DNA of 64,000 bases from Capsulimonadaceae bacterium (lineage in GTDB: Bacteria > Armatimonadota > Armatimonadia > Armatimonadales > Capsulimonadaceae): assembly GCA_965215505.1 (NCBI GenBank), contig OZ244065.1:5280001-5344000 (forward strand), in the 5' to 3' direction. Both the position numbers and the translations under genes were made by a program. Under the pieces are notes generated by a model. It saw only the letters and a program-made list of their open reading frames with translations, did not search any database and was not told the DNA's origin. Below are positions 10,576-20,260 of this stretch, one piece after another. Each line of letters opens with the position of its first letter. The stretch's first letter is position 1.

Positions 10576-10623
10576 AAAGTTGGTGCAGAAGTTAATGCAG
10601 AAAGTTGATGCAGGAAGTCAATG
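10576..10623 (+). repeat. Four imperfect 12-13 bp direct repeats (AAGTTGATGCAG-like)
   Basis: aaagttggtgcag aagttaatgcag aaagttgatgcag gaagtcaatg ending in the kinase ATG. Confidence 0.8.
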
Positions 10624-13600
10624 ACGAGCGATACCCCTGACGCTTCCAAAGAGGCCTACCGCCTGAACGCGCTCTGCCAACTCCAGATCCTAGACAGCGC
10701 GCGGGAGCAGGAGTATGATGACCTGGTCGAGATCGCCGCCGCCATCTGCGGGACGCCCGTCGCTCTGATCACGCTGCTGGACGAGAACCGCCAGTGGTTC
10801 AAAGCCAGCGTCGGCGTGTCCATGACGCAGACGGCGCGGAGCGACTCCTTCTGTAACCACGCGATCTCCCAGACCGAGCTGTTCGTCGTCCCCGACCTCG
10901 CCGCCGACGCGCGCTTCGCAGGAAACCCGTTCGTCGCCGGCGAGCCGCATGTACGCTTTTACGCCGGGATGCCGCTGATCACCCCGGAAGGCCACGCGTT
11001 GGGGACGCTCTGCGTCCTCGACGTCGTTCCTCGCGAACTGACCCCGACGCAGAAACGCACCTTACAGGCCCTGGGCCGTCAGGTGATCAGCCTGCTGGAA
11101 CTGCGGCGCAGCGTTGTACGCATGGAACGGAACATGGCCGAGCGCGCGCATGTGCAGGCCGCCCTCCGGGAAAGCGAGGCGCGGCTGCGTGAAACCGACG
11201 CGGCCCTCCAGTTCGCCTGCAAAGCGGGGCGGATAGGCCTCTGGGAGAGCAATCTGGAATCGGGCAAGACGACTTGGTCCGCCGGCAATGCGCGGCTGTT
11301 CGGGATGGAATTGGAAGACTTCGACGGTTCCCCGGAGATGACGCTCGGGCGCGTCCATCCCGATGACCGTGCCCTCCTTAAGCGCGAAAGCGCTCTCGCG
11401 GTCCTGAACCTCACGCCCTTGAAACTGGAACTGCGCGCGCTGCACCCGGACGGGACCATCCGCTGGATTCTGCTCAGCGCGGAGGTCGTCACGGATGAGT
11501 CCGGACGCCCCCTTCGGTTGAGCGGTTCGGCAACGGACATCACCGAGCGCAGGGAAGCGGAGGAAGCGCGCGGGCGGAGCGAGGAGTGGCTGCGGACGGT
11601 GGTCGCGGGGGCACCGCTGGTCCTGTTCTCTCTGGATGCCGCCGGGAGGTTTACGGTCTCTGAGGGGAAGGGCCTGGAGCGGATCGGGATGCTGTCCGGA
11701 CAAGTAGTGGGGCAATCCGCTTACGATTTGTATGCCGGTTTCCCGGAAGTTCTGGGGCATCTGGAGCGCGCCTACGACGGCGAGGCATTCAATGTGCGGG
11801 CAGACATTGGTGCCCTGACGTTTGAAACCTGGTACTCCCCGGTGTTCGGAGAGGACGGCCACGTCGCCGGCGTGATCGGCGTTGCGTGTGACATCACCGA
11901 AAGCCGTAATGCCGAGCGAATGCTGCGTAACAGCGAGGCCCGGTTCCAGGCATTCATGGATAACAGCCCGACGATGGCTTATGTCAAAGACGATGAAGGC
12001 CGCTATGTGTACTGCAATGACGCTTTCGATCGTCTGCATCAGTTGCCTTCGGGCGAGTGCCTCGGGAAAACGGCCCTGGATCTATGGCCCGGTGCCGTGG
12101 GGGAAAAACTGCACACGGACACGCTGGACACGCTGGCCCAGGACCGCCTCACCGAGACCGTCGCCGTGATCCCGAGGCGCGGGGGCGGTTCCCAGCACCT
12201 GCTGACGTTCCGGTTCACCTTCCAGGACAGCGCCGGATCGGCATTCGTGGGGTGTATCGCGGTGGATGTCTCCGAGCAGGTGCGGGCAGAGAGGCAGTGG
12301 GAGGACACGCAGCAGCAGTTGGAAGAGACGCTGTCGCAGTTGAACGCCATCCTGGAAGCGACGGTGGATGGCCTTTTGGTCCTCGGCAACCAGGGCAGCC
12401 AGACGCGGGTCTTGCGCGCCAGTGGCACCTTCGATGAGATGTGGCACATCCCGGAAGAACTGACCGGGGGCAAGGACGCCGCCGGGCATCTTGCGTTTGT
12501 CGCCGGTCAGGTCACTGACCCCGATGCCTTCAGAGCCAGGGCGTTTTATCTGAACACGCACTTTGAAGAGGCCAGCTTTGACACCCTGAACCTCAAGGAC
12601 GGGCGAATTTTCGAGCGGTATTCGCGTCCGCTGCTCATCCAGGGGGCCTTCGCGGGGCGCGTCTATAGTTTCCGGGACGTCACCCAGCAGGAGCAGAGCC
12701 GGCAGGACCTGATCCGCGCGAAGAACCACGCGCTGGCCTCCGCCCAGGCCAAATCCGAGTTCCTCGCCAACATGAGCCATGAGATACGCACGCCGATGAA
12801 CGGCATCCTAGGCATGACCGACCTTCTGCTGGCGACGCCGCTGCTGCCGCAGCAGAGGCACCAAGCCGTGACCGTCAAGAACAGCGCCAACAGCCTGCTG
12901 ACGATCGTGAACGACATCCTCGACTTCAGCAAGATTGAGGCCGGCAAGCTGATTCTAGAGGCGGTGCCGTTCAGCATCCCCCAGGTTATGCGGGAAGTGA
13001 AAGACCTCCTCGGCCCGCGCGCGGAAGAAAAGAACGTCGCCCTCCTCTGCTCCCTGCCGCCGGACTTCCCGTCGGCCGTGTGCGGCGATGCGGCGCGGCT
13101 GCGCCAGATACTCACGAATCTGGTCGGCAACGCCCTGAAGTTCACCGAGCGCGGCCAGGTGGTCATGGAGGCGCGCGTGCTGCGGGAGACACCCACCCAC
13201 GTCGAGTTCCGTCTGTCCGTGCGCGACACCGGAATCGGCATCGCCAAAGACCGGCAGACGGCCATCTTCGACAGTTTCACACAGGAGGACGGCAGCATCA
13301 CCCGCCGCTACGGCGGGACCGGGCTGGGCCTGGCGATCTGCCTGCGGCTGACGGACCTCATGGCGGGGCGCATCGGGCTGGAAAGCGAACCCGGATGGGG
13401 CAGCGAGTTCTGGCTGACCGTGACTTTGGAAAAGACGACCGCAGTGCTGGACGAAGCGGCGGCCGCCCCTTCGACCGAAACGGAGCCGCTGGGGCTGCGC
13501 GTCCTGTTGGTGGAGGACAACATCATCAACCAGGAAGTGGCCTGCGGCTTCCTGGAGATGTGGGGCTGTATCGTGGATGTCGCCGACAACGGCTGGAAGG

Positions 13601-14322
13601 CCTGCCTGGCCGTCCGCGCGAAGACGTATGACTTGGCCTTGATGGACGTCCAGATGCCCGAGATGGATGGCCGCCAGGCGACCGCGGATATCCGTGGGCG
13701 CGAGCGCGGGACGGCGCGGCGCCTGCCGATCATCGCCATGACGGCCCACAACATGCAGGGCGACCGCGAACAGTGCCTCGCCTGCGGCATGGACGACTAC
13801 GTCTCCAAGCCGGTCGACCCGAAACAACTGCTGGCCGCCCTCAAGCGCTGGGGCGGCCCCGCCCTGGGCGGGGCGGTCCCGCCTGCCCCGGAAGTTCCGC
13901 CCGCCCCGACAGTCATTCCGGCTCCGGAGCCTCCGCCGGCCCCGGAAAGGCTGCCGGAAGGCCTGCCGGTGCTGGACATCGAGCGCCTGCACAAGAGCTG
14001 TGCGGGCAAAGCGAAGCTGGAACGGAGGATCATGACGGAGACCCTGCGGCTGACCCCGCAGATCCTGGACCGTCTGCGCGCGGCGGTCGGCGCGGCGGAC
14101 GCCGACCCGACCCGGTTCGAGGCACACACCCTCAAAGGCAGCAGCCGCACCCTCGGCGCGGAGGCGCTGGGGAACGCCGCGTCCCTCCTGGAAGAGGCAG
14201 CAAAGGCGGGCGATCTGGCCGACGCGCCCGCACTGCTGGGCCGGATACAGGCGGACTGGACGGCACTGAGCGCGCGTCTCGAGGATTGCCTGACCCGCGA
14301 ACCCTGGAAAGACGCCCTATGA
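10621..14322 (+). CDS. Hybrid sensor histidine kinase (GAF-PASx4-HisKA-HATPase-REC-Hpt)
   Basis: [53 protein letters not shown]; no TM segments seen. Confidence 0.95.
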   Translation: MTSDTPDASKEAYRLNALCQLQILDSAREQEYDDLVEIAAAICGTPVALITLLDENRQWFKASVGVSMTQTARSDSFCNHAISQTELFVVPDLAADARFAGNPFVAGEPHVRFYAGMPLITPEGHALGTLCVLDVVPRELTPTQKRTLQALGRQVISLLELRRSVVRMERNMAERAHVQAALRESEARLRETDAALQFACKAGRIGLWESNLESGKTTWSAGNARLFGMELEDFDGSPEMTLGRVHPDDRALLKRESALAVLNLTPLKLELRALHPDGTIRWILLSAEVVTDESGRPLRLSGSATDITERREAEEARGRSEEWLRTVVAGAPLVLFSLDAAGRFTVSEGKGLERIGMLSGQVVGQSAYDLYAGFPEVLGHLERAYDGEAFNVRADIGALTFETWYSPVFGEDGHVAGVIGVACDITESRNAERMLRNSEARFQAFMDNSPTMAYVKDDEGRYVYCNDAFDRLHQLPSGECLGKTALDLWPGAVGEKLHTDTLDTLAQDRLTETVAVIPRRGGGSQHLLTFRFTFQDSAGSAFVGCIAVDVSEQVRAERQWEDTQQQLEETLSQLNAILEATVDGLLVLGNQGSQTRVLRASGTFDEMWHIPEELTGGKDAAGHLAFVAGQVTDPDAFRARAFYLNTHFEEASFDTLNLKDGRIFERYSRPLLIQGAFAGRVYSFRDVTQQEQSRQDLIRAKNHALASAQAKSEFLANMSHEIRTPMNGILGMTDLLLATPLLPQQRHQAVTVKNSANSLLTIVNDILDFSKIEAGKLILEAVPFSIPQVMREVKDLLGPRAEEKNVALLCSLPPDFPSAVCGDAARLRQILTNLVGNALKFTERGQVVMEARVLRETPTHVEFRLSVRDTGIGIAKDRQTAIFDSFTQEDGSITRRYGGTGLGLAICLRLTDLMAGRIGLESEPGWGSEFWLTVTLEKTTAVLDEAAAAPSTETEPLGLRVLLVEDNIINQEVACGFLEMWGCIVDVADNGWKACLAVRAKTYDLALMDVQMPEMDGRQATADIRGRERGTARRLPIIAMTAHNMQGDREQCLACGMDDYVSKPVDPKQLLAALKRWGGPALGGAVPPAPEVPPAPTVIPAPEPPPAPERLPEGLPVLDIERLHKSCAGKAKLERRIMTETLRLTPQILDRLRAAVGAADADPTRFEAHTLKGSSRTLGAEALGNAASLLEEAAKAGDLADAPALLGRIQADWTALSARLEDCLTREPWKDAL

Positions 14323-16454
14323 ACATACTCGTCGTCGAAGATGATCCCATCTCGGGGCTGGTGCTTACGACGGCATTGGAGGACCTCGGACACGTCATCA
14401 CCCTGCGCGGGAATGGGCAGGAGGCATGGTCTCTGCTCCAGTCAGACCACTTCGCCGTGGTCATCTCCGACTGGATGATGCCCCAGATGGACGGCCTGGA
14501 ACTGTGCCGCCACGTCCGGGGCCAGGCCGATTTCACCTACTTCATCCTGCTGACCGTCAAAGGCCTGCCTGAAGAGCGCCTGGAGGCGCTGGAGGCCGGC
14601 GCGGACGACTTCCTAATCAAGCCGCTCGACCCCGCCGAACTCGTGGCGCGCATGGAGGTAGCCCGGCGCATCCTGGCTTTGAAGGCGGAACTGAAGGTGA
14701 AGGCCGCGCCCGGCCCGATGCAGCGCCAGAACGTGGACCTCGGCGATGTCTTGGTTTCGCGCGGGGTCCTGAGCCGCTTACAGCTCGCACAGCTCGTGGA
14801 GCAGGAGCTGATCCCGCCGGCACAACTGGCGGCGGCCATCCTGGAACGAGGCTGGGTGGACGAAGAAAATATCACCCAGGCGCGCAGCCTGGTGATGGAC
14901 GTCCCCTATGTGGCGCTGGACGCGGAAACCATGGATCCCTTCGTCCTGTCGCTCGTCCCACATGAGATCGCGCAGTTTTATAAGCTGGTGCCGCTGTCGC
15001 TGATGGACGATGACCGGAAGCGGCTCCGGGTGGCGATGGCAAACCCCTGGAACATCGAAGCCATTGACTGGGTGCAGCGCGAGACGCGCCGCCCGGTCGA
15101 GCCGCTGCTCGCCAGCGACACGGCCATCGGGCGCGCGCTGAAGCGGGCCTACCAGGACGTCCAGGACGTGGTCCACGATGCGGTCATGAACAATGCCCTG
15201 TCGCAGGCCACCGTCGAGACGGTTTCCAAGGGCAACCTGATCGACACGGTGGACGCGCGCGAGCTGCTCCGCCAGAGTGACCAGGCCCCCATCATCCGGT
15301 TTGTCAACACGATGCTGGCCGATGCCGTCCATCGCGGGGCCTCCGACGTCCACATCGAGCCGGGCAAAGACGATTTTCAGATATTTTACCGGGTGGACGG
15401 GAAACTCCACCGCGTCCGCACCGTGACCGGGTCCTTCCTCGCCCCGGTGACCTCCCGGATGAAACTCATGGCCGAGATGGACATCGCCGAACGGCGGCTG
15501 CCCCAGGACGGACACGTCGCCCTGCGTATCGCCGAGAAAGTCGTGGACATGCGCCTTTCCACCCTGCCGACACAGTTCGGCGAGCGCGTGGTCATCCGCG
15601 TCCTGGACCGCTCGGTCGCCTGCCTCCAGCTCGAACAGCTCGGCCTGGCCCCGAACAACAAGCGTGCCGTGGCCCAGCTCATCCATAAGCCCCACGGCAT
15701 CGTCCTCGTCACCGGTCCGACCGGGAGCGGCAAAACGACCACGCTGTATGCCGCCCTGAACGCGCTGATCCAAGAGAGCCGGACCGGCCTGGGCCGCAAG
15801 AACATCCTGACCTGTGAGGACCCGATCGAGTACCAGATCGACGGCATCAGCCAGTCCAACGTCAACGAGCGGGCCGGGCTGACTTTCGCGCGCCAACTCC
15901 GCGCCATCCTGCGTCAAGATCCGGACGTCATCCTGATCGGGGAGATCCGGGACGCCGAGACGGCCGACATCGCCTTCCGCGCCGCCATGACCGGCCACCT
16001 GGTTCTGTCCACGCTGCACTGCAATGAGGCCGCCGGGGCCGTCAGCCGCCTGATGGATCTCGGCGTGGCTCCCTACCTGATCGCCTCATCACTCGCCGGC
16101 GTGGTCGCGCAGCGGCTCGTCCCGCGACTCTGCCTGCACTGCCGCCGCGCCTACACGCCGCCGCCCGACGAGCTGGCCGTGTTCGCCGCGCCGCCCGAGC
16201 GCCTCTACGCGCCCGTCGGCTGCGGCCAATGCCATGAGATAGGTCTGAAAGGGCGGATCGCGATCCACGAGGTCATGGTGTGCGACGACGACATCCAGGA
16301 GAGGATCATGGCCCACGAGGACACGCGCCTCATCCGCTCGGCGGCCCTGTCCGCAGGCATGACTCTGATGGTCAGCGACGGCCTGGAGAAAGTCAGCCAG
16401 GGCCTCGTGCAGCTCGAAGACGTCCTATGGCGGACAGGCCGCCTGGAAAAATGA
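14319..16454 (+). CDS. Receiver domain fused to PilB/GspE secretion ATPase
   Basis: ATG 14319 overlaps kinase stop (ATGA); [59 protein letters not shown]. Confidence 0.92.
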   Translation: MNILVVEDDPISGLVLTTALEDLGHVITLRGNGQEAWSLLQSDHFAVVISDWMMPQMDGLELCRHVRGQADFTYFILLTVKGLPEERLEALEAGADDFLIKPLDPAELVARMEVARRILALKAELKVKAAPGPMQRQNVDLGDVLVSRGVLSRLQLAQLVEQELIPPAQLAAAILERGWVDEENITQARSLVMDVPYVALDAETMDPFVLSLVPHEIAQFYKLVPLSLMDDDRKRLRVAMANPWNIEAIDWVQRETRRPVEPLLASDTAIGRALKRAYQDVQDVVHDAVMNNALSQATVETVSKGNLIDTVDARELLRQSDQAPIIRFVNTMLADAVHRGASDVHIEPGKDDFQIFYRVDGKLHRVRTVTGSFLAPVTSRMKLMAEMDIAERRLPQDGHVALRIAEKVVDMRLSTLPTQFGERVVIRVLDRSVACLQLEQLGLAPNNKRAVAQLIHKPHGIVLVTGPTGSGKTTTLYAALNALIQESRTGLGRKNILTCEDPIEYQIDGISQSNVNERAGLTFARQLRAILRQDPDVILIGEIRDAETADIAFRAAMTGHLVLSTLHCNEAAGAVSRLMDLGVAPYLIASSLAGVVAQRLVPRLCLHCRRAYTPPPDELAVFAAPPERLYAPVGCGQCHEIGLKGRIAIHEVMVCDDDIQERIMAHEDTRLIRSAALSAGMTLMVSDGLEKVSQGLVQLEDVLWRTGRLEK

Positions 16455-16498
16455 CCGGGCGGCGTACCACCCGGTCATCCCCTCACCTAATCATCCCC

Positions 16499-17932
16499 TC
16501 ACCCAATCGTGTCTTCGCGCATCGTCACCGGGACGTCCGCGCCGCCGACGCGCTGGACGCCCTCGGCGTGTTCGCCCTCGCGGTACTCCCACATCGAGAC
16601 GATGGGGATGAACTTCGTCAGCAACGTGTACAGGAACCCGAACAGCCCGTAAGCCCCGACCGTGATCACGAGGTCCGGCCAGGCCGGCGTGTAGTTGCCC
16701 CAGGTCAACCGGTTCCGCGCGACGCTCGGCACGACCACCAGGATGCGCTCGGAGAACATGGCGATGTTGACCGCGACGCCGACGCCGAGCATCGCCCAGG
16801 GCGACCGCCGGACCTGCTTGAACAGCAGCGCGACCACCGGGACCAGGACCGCGAAGATCGGCAGCAGGATTAGCACCCACTTGTAGCCGTCGAATAGGAA
16901 GTGGACGTAGTTCTCGTGGTCCGGGTCGCGCGAGAACCAGTCCGACCAGACATCGCCGCCGAAGAAGTACGACCAGAACAGCGCGATGAACAGCAGGATC
17001 TTCCCGATGTTGTCGAAGTGCATCGGCAGGATGTACTGCTCCAGGTGGAACACCCAGCGCAGCAGGCACATGACCACGCACACCGCACCCGCTCCGGACA
17101 GCAGAGCGCCGCAGACGAAGTAGGGCGCGAAGATGTTGGAGTGCCACCCCGGCACGATGCTCATGCCGAAGTCCCAGCCGACGATGGTGTGTAGCGAGAC
17201 GAAGACAGGGATGATCATCACCGTCAGGATGCCGAACAGCACCTTCAGCCGCCGCCACTCCCGGTCGGTCCCGCGCCAGCCCAGAGCCAGGACCGTGTAA
17301 AGGGCGTTCCGCCAGCCGAAAGTCCGCTCGCGCAATGTCGCGAAGTCCGGGACGATCCCCGAGAACCAGAAAATGACGCTCGTAATCAAGTAGACGCCGA
17401 TGGCCGTCGCATCCCAGATCAGCGGGCTTTTGTAGTCCGGCCATAGCTGCCGCTCGTTCGGGAACGGGATGAAGTAGTAGAACAGCCAGTTCCGCCCGAT
17501 GTGCAGCAGCGGGAAGACGCCCGCCACGGCCAGCGCGCAGACGGTCAGAGTCTCCGCCAGCCGCGTCAAGGACCGCCGCCACCCCGCGTGGAGCAGCCGC
17601 AGGATCGCCGAGATCATCGTCCCGGACAGCGCGACGCCCGCCCAGAAGATGAAGTTCGCGATGTCCAGGCCCCAGTAGACCGGCCGGTCCATGCCCCAGA
17701 CGCCCATGCCCTGATAGAGCTGCCAGCCGAACGTCAGCACCGCCGCCCCGAGGATCGAGGCGAAGAAGCCCAGCACGGCCCACCAGCGCCAGTTCGTCTG
17801 GAGGACCGAGTTCGTCAGGTCCGAGTTCACCTGGGCGGCGGGCGGCACGGGCAGGTGGACCGCCGCCGTGTCCCGGAGCGGGATGTCTTGTGTCGTTAAA
17901 ACGCGGTCGATGTCACGTTCCAGCAGTCCCAT
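16499..17932 (-). CDS. actC: NrfD/PsrC family quinol-oxidising subunit ActC
   Basis: GVWG..PVYWG, LHIGRNW, SPLIWD, PDFATLR, WHSNIFAPYFV. Confidence 0.88.
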   Translation of the reverse strand: MGLLERDIDRVLTTQDIPLRDTAAVHLPVPPAAQVNSDLTNSVLQTNWRWWAVLGFFASILGAAVLTFGWQLYQGMGVWGMDRPVYWGLDIANFIFWAGVALSGTMISAILRLLHAGWRRSLTRLAETLTVCALAVAGVFPLLHIGRNWLFYYFIPFPNERQLWPDYKSPLIWDATAIGVYLITSVIFWFSGIVPDFATLRERTFGWRNALYTVLALGWRGTDREWRRLKVLFGILTVMIIPVFVSLHTIVGWDFGMSIVPGWHSNIFAPYFVCGALLSGAGAVCVVMCLLRWVFHLEQYILPMHFDNIGKILLFIALFWSYFFGGDVWSDWFSRDPDHENYVHFLFDGYKWVLILLPIFAVLVPVVALLFKQVRRSPWAMLGVGVAVNIAMFSERILVVVPSVARNRLTWGNYTPAWPDLVITVGAYGLFGFLYTLLTKFIPIVSMWEYREGEHAEGVQRVGGADVPVTMREDTIG

Positions 17933-17969
17933 ACGTTTTCTCTTCTAATTCTCGTTTAGTGATTGTCTT

Positions 17970-19376
17970 CTAGTTCTCCCACATGGGAGGGTCTTCCACC
18001 ATCACCGTGACCGTCGTGTTCCCCATGCGCCGCTCCGCCGTGCGCGTCCGCTCCTTGCTCGTGCCCCACCAGGACATGATCGGGAAGTAGCGCGCGCCGA
18101 TCAGGAACGTCAGCACGAACATGGCCGTGATGCCGAAGAAGACGACGATGGCCGGGCCGGTCGGCAGCAGCGGCTCCATCCCGTACTTCGGCGCGAACGT
18201 CGGCACCGTGTCCAGATACCGCTGGCAGGTGATCCCGGTCAGGACCAGGATGCTGATGCCGCAGAGCGCCCAGCGCCGCTTGCGGTTCCGGGGGAACAGG
18301 TTGCCGAAGATCGGCGCGGCCGAGCAGCCCACCACCATCAGCCCGACCAGGATGGGGAACGCGACCGTGCGGCTCTGCTGGAGGTTCCACTCGCTCGGGA
18401 TGTGCCCGTACCAGGCCGTCAGGAAGTCGCAGATGCGGAAGTACGTCCAGATGAGCGCCAGGCCCACCATGAACTTGCCCAGGTTGTCGTACTGCGAGTC
18501 GGTGAAAAACCCGCGCCCGCGCAGCAGCCGGTTCACGACCGTCATCAGCAGCACGGCCATCGCCACCGCCCCCAGCACCGAGCCGAGCGTGTACAGCGGC
18601 GCGAAGATGCTCGAATCCCAGTCCCGCGCGGCGGCCAGTTGGAAGTCCCAGCCGAGAACGGTCTGCGACCCGACGAAAGAAGCGACGACGCCGATGACCA
18701 TGACGCCCTCCGCCCGCCGCAGGATGCGCCACTGGTAATCCGCCCCGACCCACTTGACTTTCCCCCAGCGTGTCACGCGGTCATAGAGCTTTTTCTCCTT
18801 GGAGCCGTCCGGGGCGCGGTCGCGCAGCATGGCGAAGTCCGGCAGGGCGGTCAGGAACAGCAGGAACCAGCCCGCCAGGAAGGCCGTGCCGACCATGACG
18901 GCGTCCCAGCCGAGCGGCGTAGATACGCGCCACACGTTGTCCCGGTACTCGGCGGCTCCCAGGGCATAAATCTCCCGCCGCGCGATCAGCATCAGTGGCA
19001 GCAGCAGCGGCCCCCACAGCCCGAACAGCGATCCCATGTCCAGCAGGCGGTTCAGCGGGTAGCGCCACGAGGCGTGGGACAGCCGCAGGATGGCGGACAA
19101 GGCCACCATCCCCTGCGACAGCCCGATCCAGAACAGCAGTGAAACCAGCGAGACGTGCCAGAAGCCGGGGTCGTTGCGGTGACCGCCGAACCAGCCATAC
19201 CCGTAGATGATAAACCCGGCCAGGATGACCAGCGCGAAACACGACCAGGTCGTGATCCGCAGCTTCGTCAGCCGGGACTTGTGCGGGTCCTCAAGCACCA
19301 GCCGCAGCGGCTCATAGGCGTTCGCATCCAGGGCGACCCCGCGCGGCGAGTTCAGAATGCTTTCTTCGTCAAACAT
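17970..19376 (-). CDS. Second NrfD-family membrane subunit (ActF-like)
   Basis: Paralogous to neighbour (WIG..SAILRL..WR, PDFAMLRD, W.SSIFAP). Confidence 0.8.
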   Translation of the reverse strand: MFDEESILNSPRGVALDANAYEPLRLVLEDPHKSRLTKLRITTWSCFALVILAGFIIYGYGWFGGHRNDPGFWHVSLVSLLFWIGLSQGMVALSAILRLSHASWRYPLNRLLDMGSLFGLWGPLLLPLMLIARREIYALGAAEYRDNVWRVSTPLGWDAVMVGTAFLAGWFLLFLTALPDFAMLRDRAPDGSKEKKLYDRVTRWGKVKWVGADYQWRILRRAEGVMVIGVVASFVGSQTVLGWDFQLAAARDWDSSIFAPLYTLGSVLGAVAMAVLLMTVVNRLLRGRGFFTDSQYDNLGKFMVGLALIWTYFRICDFLTAWYGHIPSEWNLQQSRTVAFPILVGLMVVGCSAAPIFGNLFPRNRKRRWALCGISILVLTGITCQRYLDTVPTFAPKYGMEPLLPTGPAIVVFFGITAMFVLTFLIGARYFPIMSWWGTSKERTRTAERRMGNTTVTVMVEDPPMWEN

Positions 19377-19379
19377 GGC

Positions 19380-20243
19380 TTATGCCGCCGCCTCCGCGTC
19401 CGCCTCGTCCACGGACTTCAGATAGACGATCGCGGGCGAAGTCCCCAGCTCTTCCAGCAGCCGGAACCGCCGCGAGTCGTTCCACAGCTTGGCGACCGTC
19501 CAGTCCGTCTTCGGGTCGAACTCCGGCTCGCCCTGCGCCTTCGGGCGGGTCTTGACGTTCCCGAAGGTGATCGCCTTGGGCGGGCAGGCCTGCGCGCAGG
19601 CGACTGTGAATTCGTCCGGCTCCAGCTCCCGGTCCTCCGCCCCCGCCTTCTCCTCGGCCCTCCGGATGCGCTGGACGCAGAAGGTACACTTCTCCATCAC
19701 ACCCTTCTCGCGCACGGTCACGTCCGGGTTCAAGTGCTGGTTCAGCGGCTCGTCCCACGAATGCTCGAACCAGTTGAACACGCGGACGTCATACGGGCAG
19801 TTGTTGCCGCAGTAGCGCGTCCCCACGCACCGGTTATAGACCATCGCGTTCAATCCTTCGGGATTGTGATAGGTCGCATAGACCGGGCAGACCGGCTCGC
19901 ACGGCGCATTGTCGCAGTGCTGGCAGGGGATCGGCATGAACCGGGCCTTGACGTTCGGGTATTTGCCCTCCCAGTAACGCTCGACGCGAATCCATTGGTG
20001 CAGCCGGCCCTGATGCGCCTGCTGCTCGCCGACGACCGGGATGTTGTTCTCCATGGCGCAGGCCGCCTCGCAGGCGTGGCAGCCCGTGCAGCGGTCCAGG
20101 TCAATGACCATGCCCCACTTGCGCGTGACGCGGCCGTCTTCATAATCCTGAATATACGGGGAAGCCTTGCGCTCCGAGGGGCCTTCGCCCGAGCTGCTCG
20201 GACCGCCGTTGCGCTCTTTCCCGAGTTCTGTTCCGTCCGGCAT
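19380..20243 (-). CDS. 4Fe-4S dicluster protein, ActB2
   Basis: CTGCHACEAAC, CQHCDNAPCEPVCP, CVGTRYCGNNCPY, GVMEKCTFC. Confidence 0.92.
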   Translation of the reverse strand: MPDGTELGKERNGGPSSSGEGPSERKASPYIQDYEDGRVTRKWGMVIDLDRCTGCHACEAACAMENNIPVVGEQQAHQGRLHQWIRVERYWEGKYPNVKARFMPIPCQHCDNAPCEPVCPVYATYHNPEGLNAMVYNRCVGTRYCGNNCPYDVRVFNWFEHSWDEPLNQHLNPDVTVREKGVMEKCTFCVQRIRRAEEKAGAEDRELEPDEFTVACAQACPPKAITFGNVKTRPKAQGEPEFDPKTDWTVAKLWNDSRRFRLLEELGTSPAIVYLKSVDEADAEAAA

Positions 20244-20260
20244 TTTCGACTGTCTTTCTA

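Noticed and set aside
13773-14318. N-terminal extension of the 893-aa ORF
   Set aside because: Overlaps the kinase; real start is ATG 14319 at the receiver domain
16474-16506. Target-site duplication of the pilin cassette
   Set aside because: Both copies are at the same end; no match near 7260
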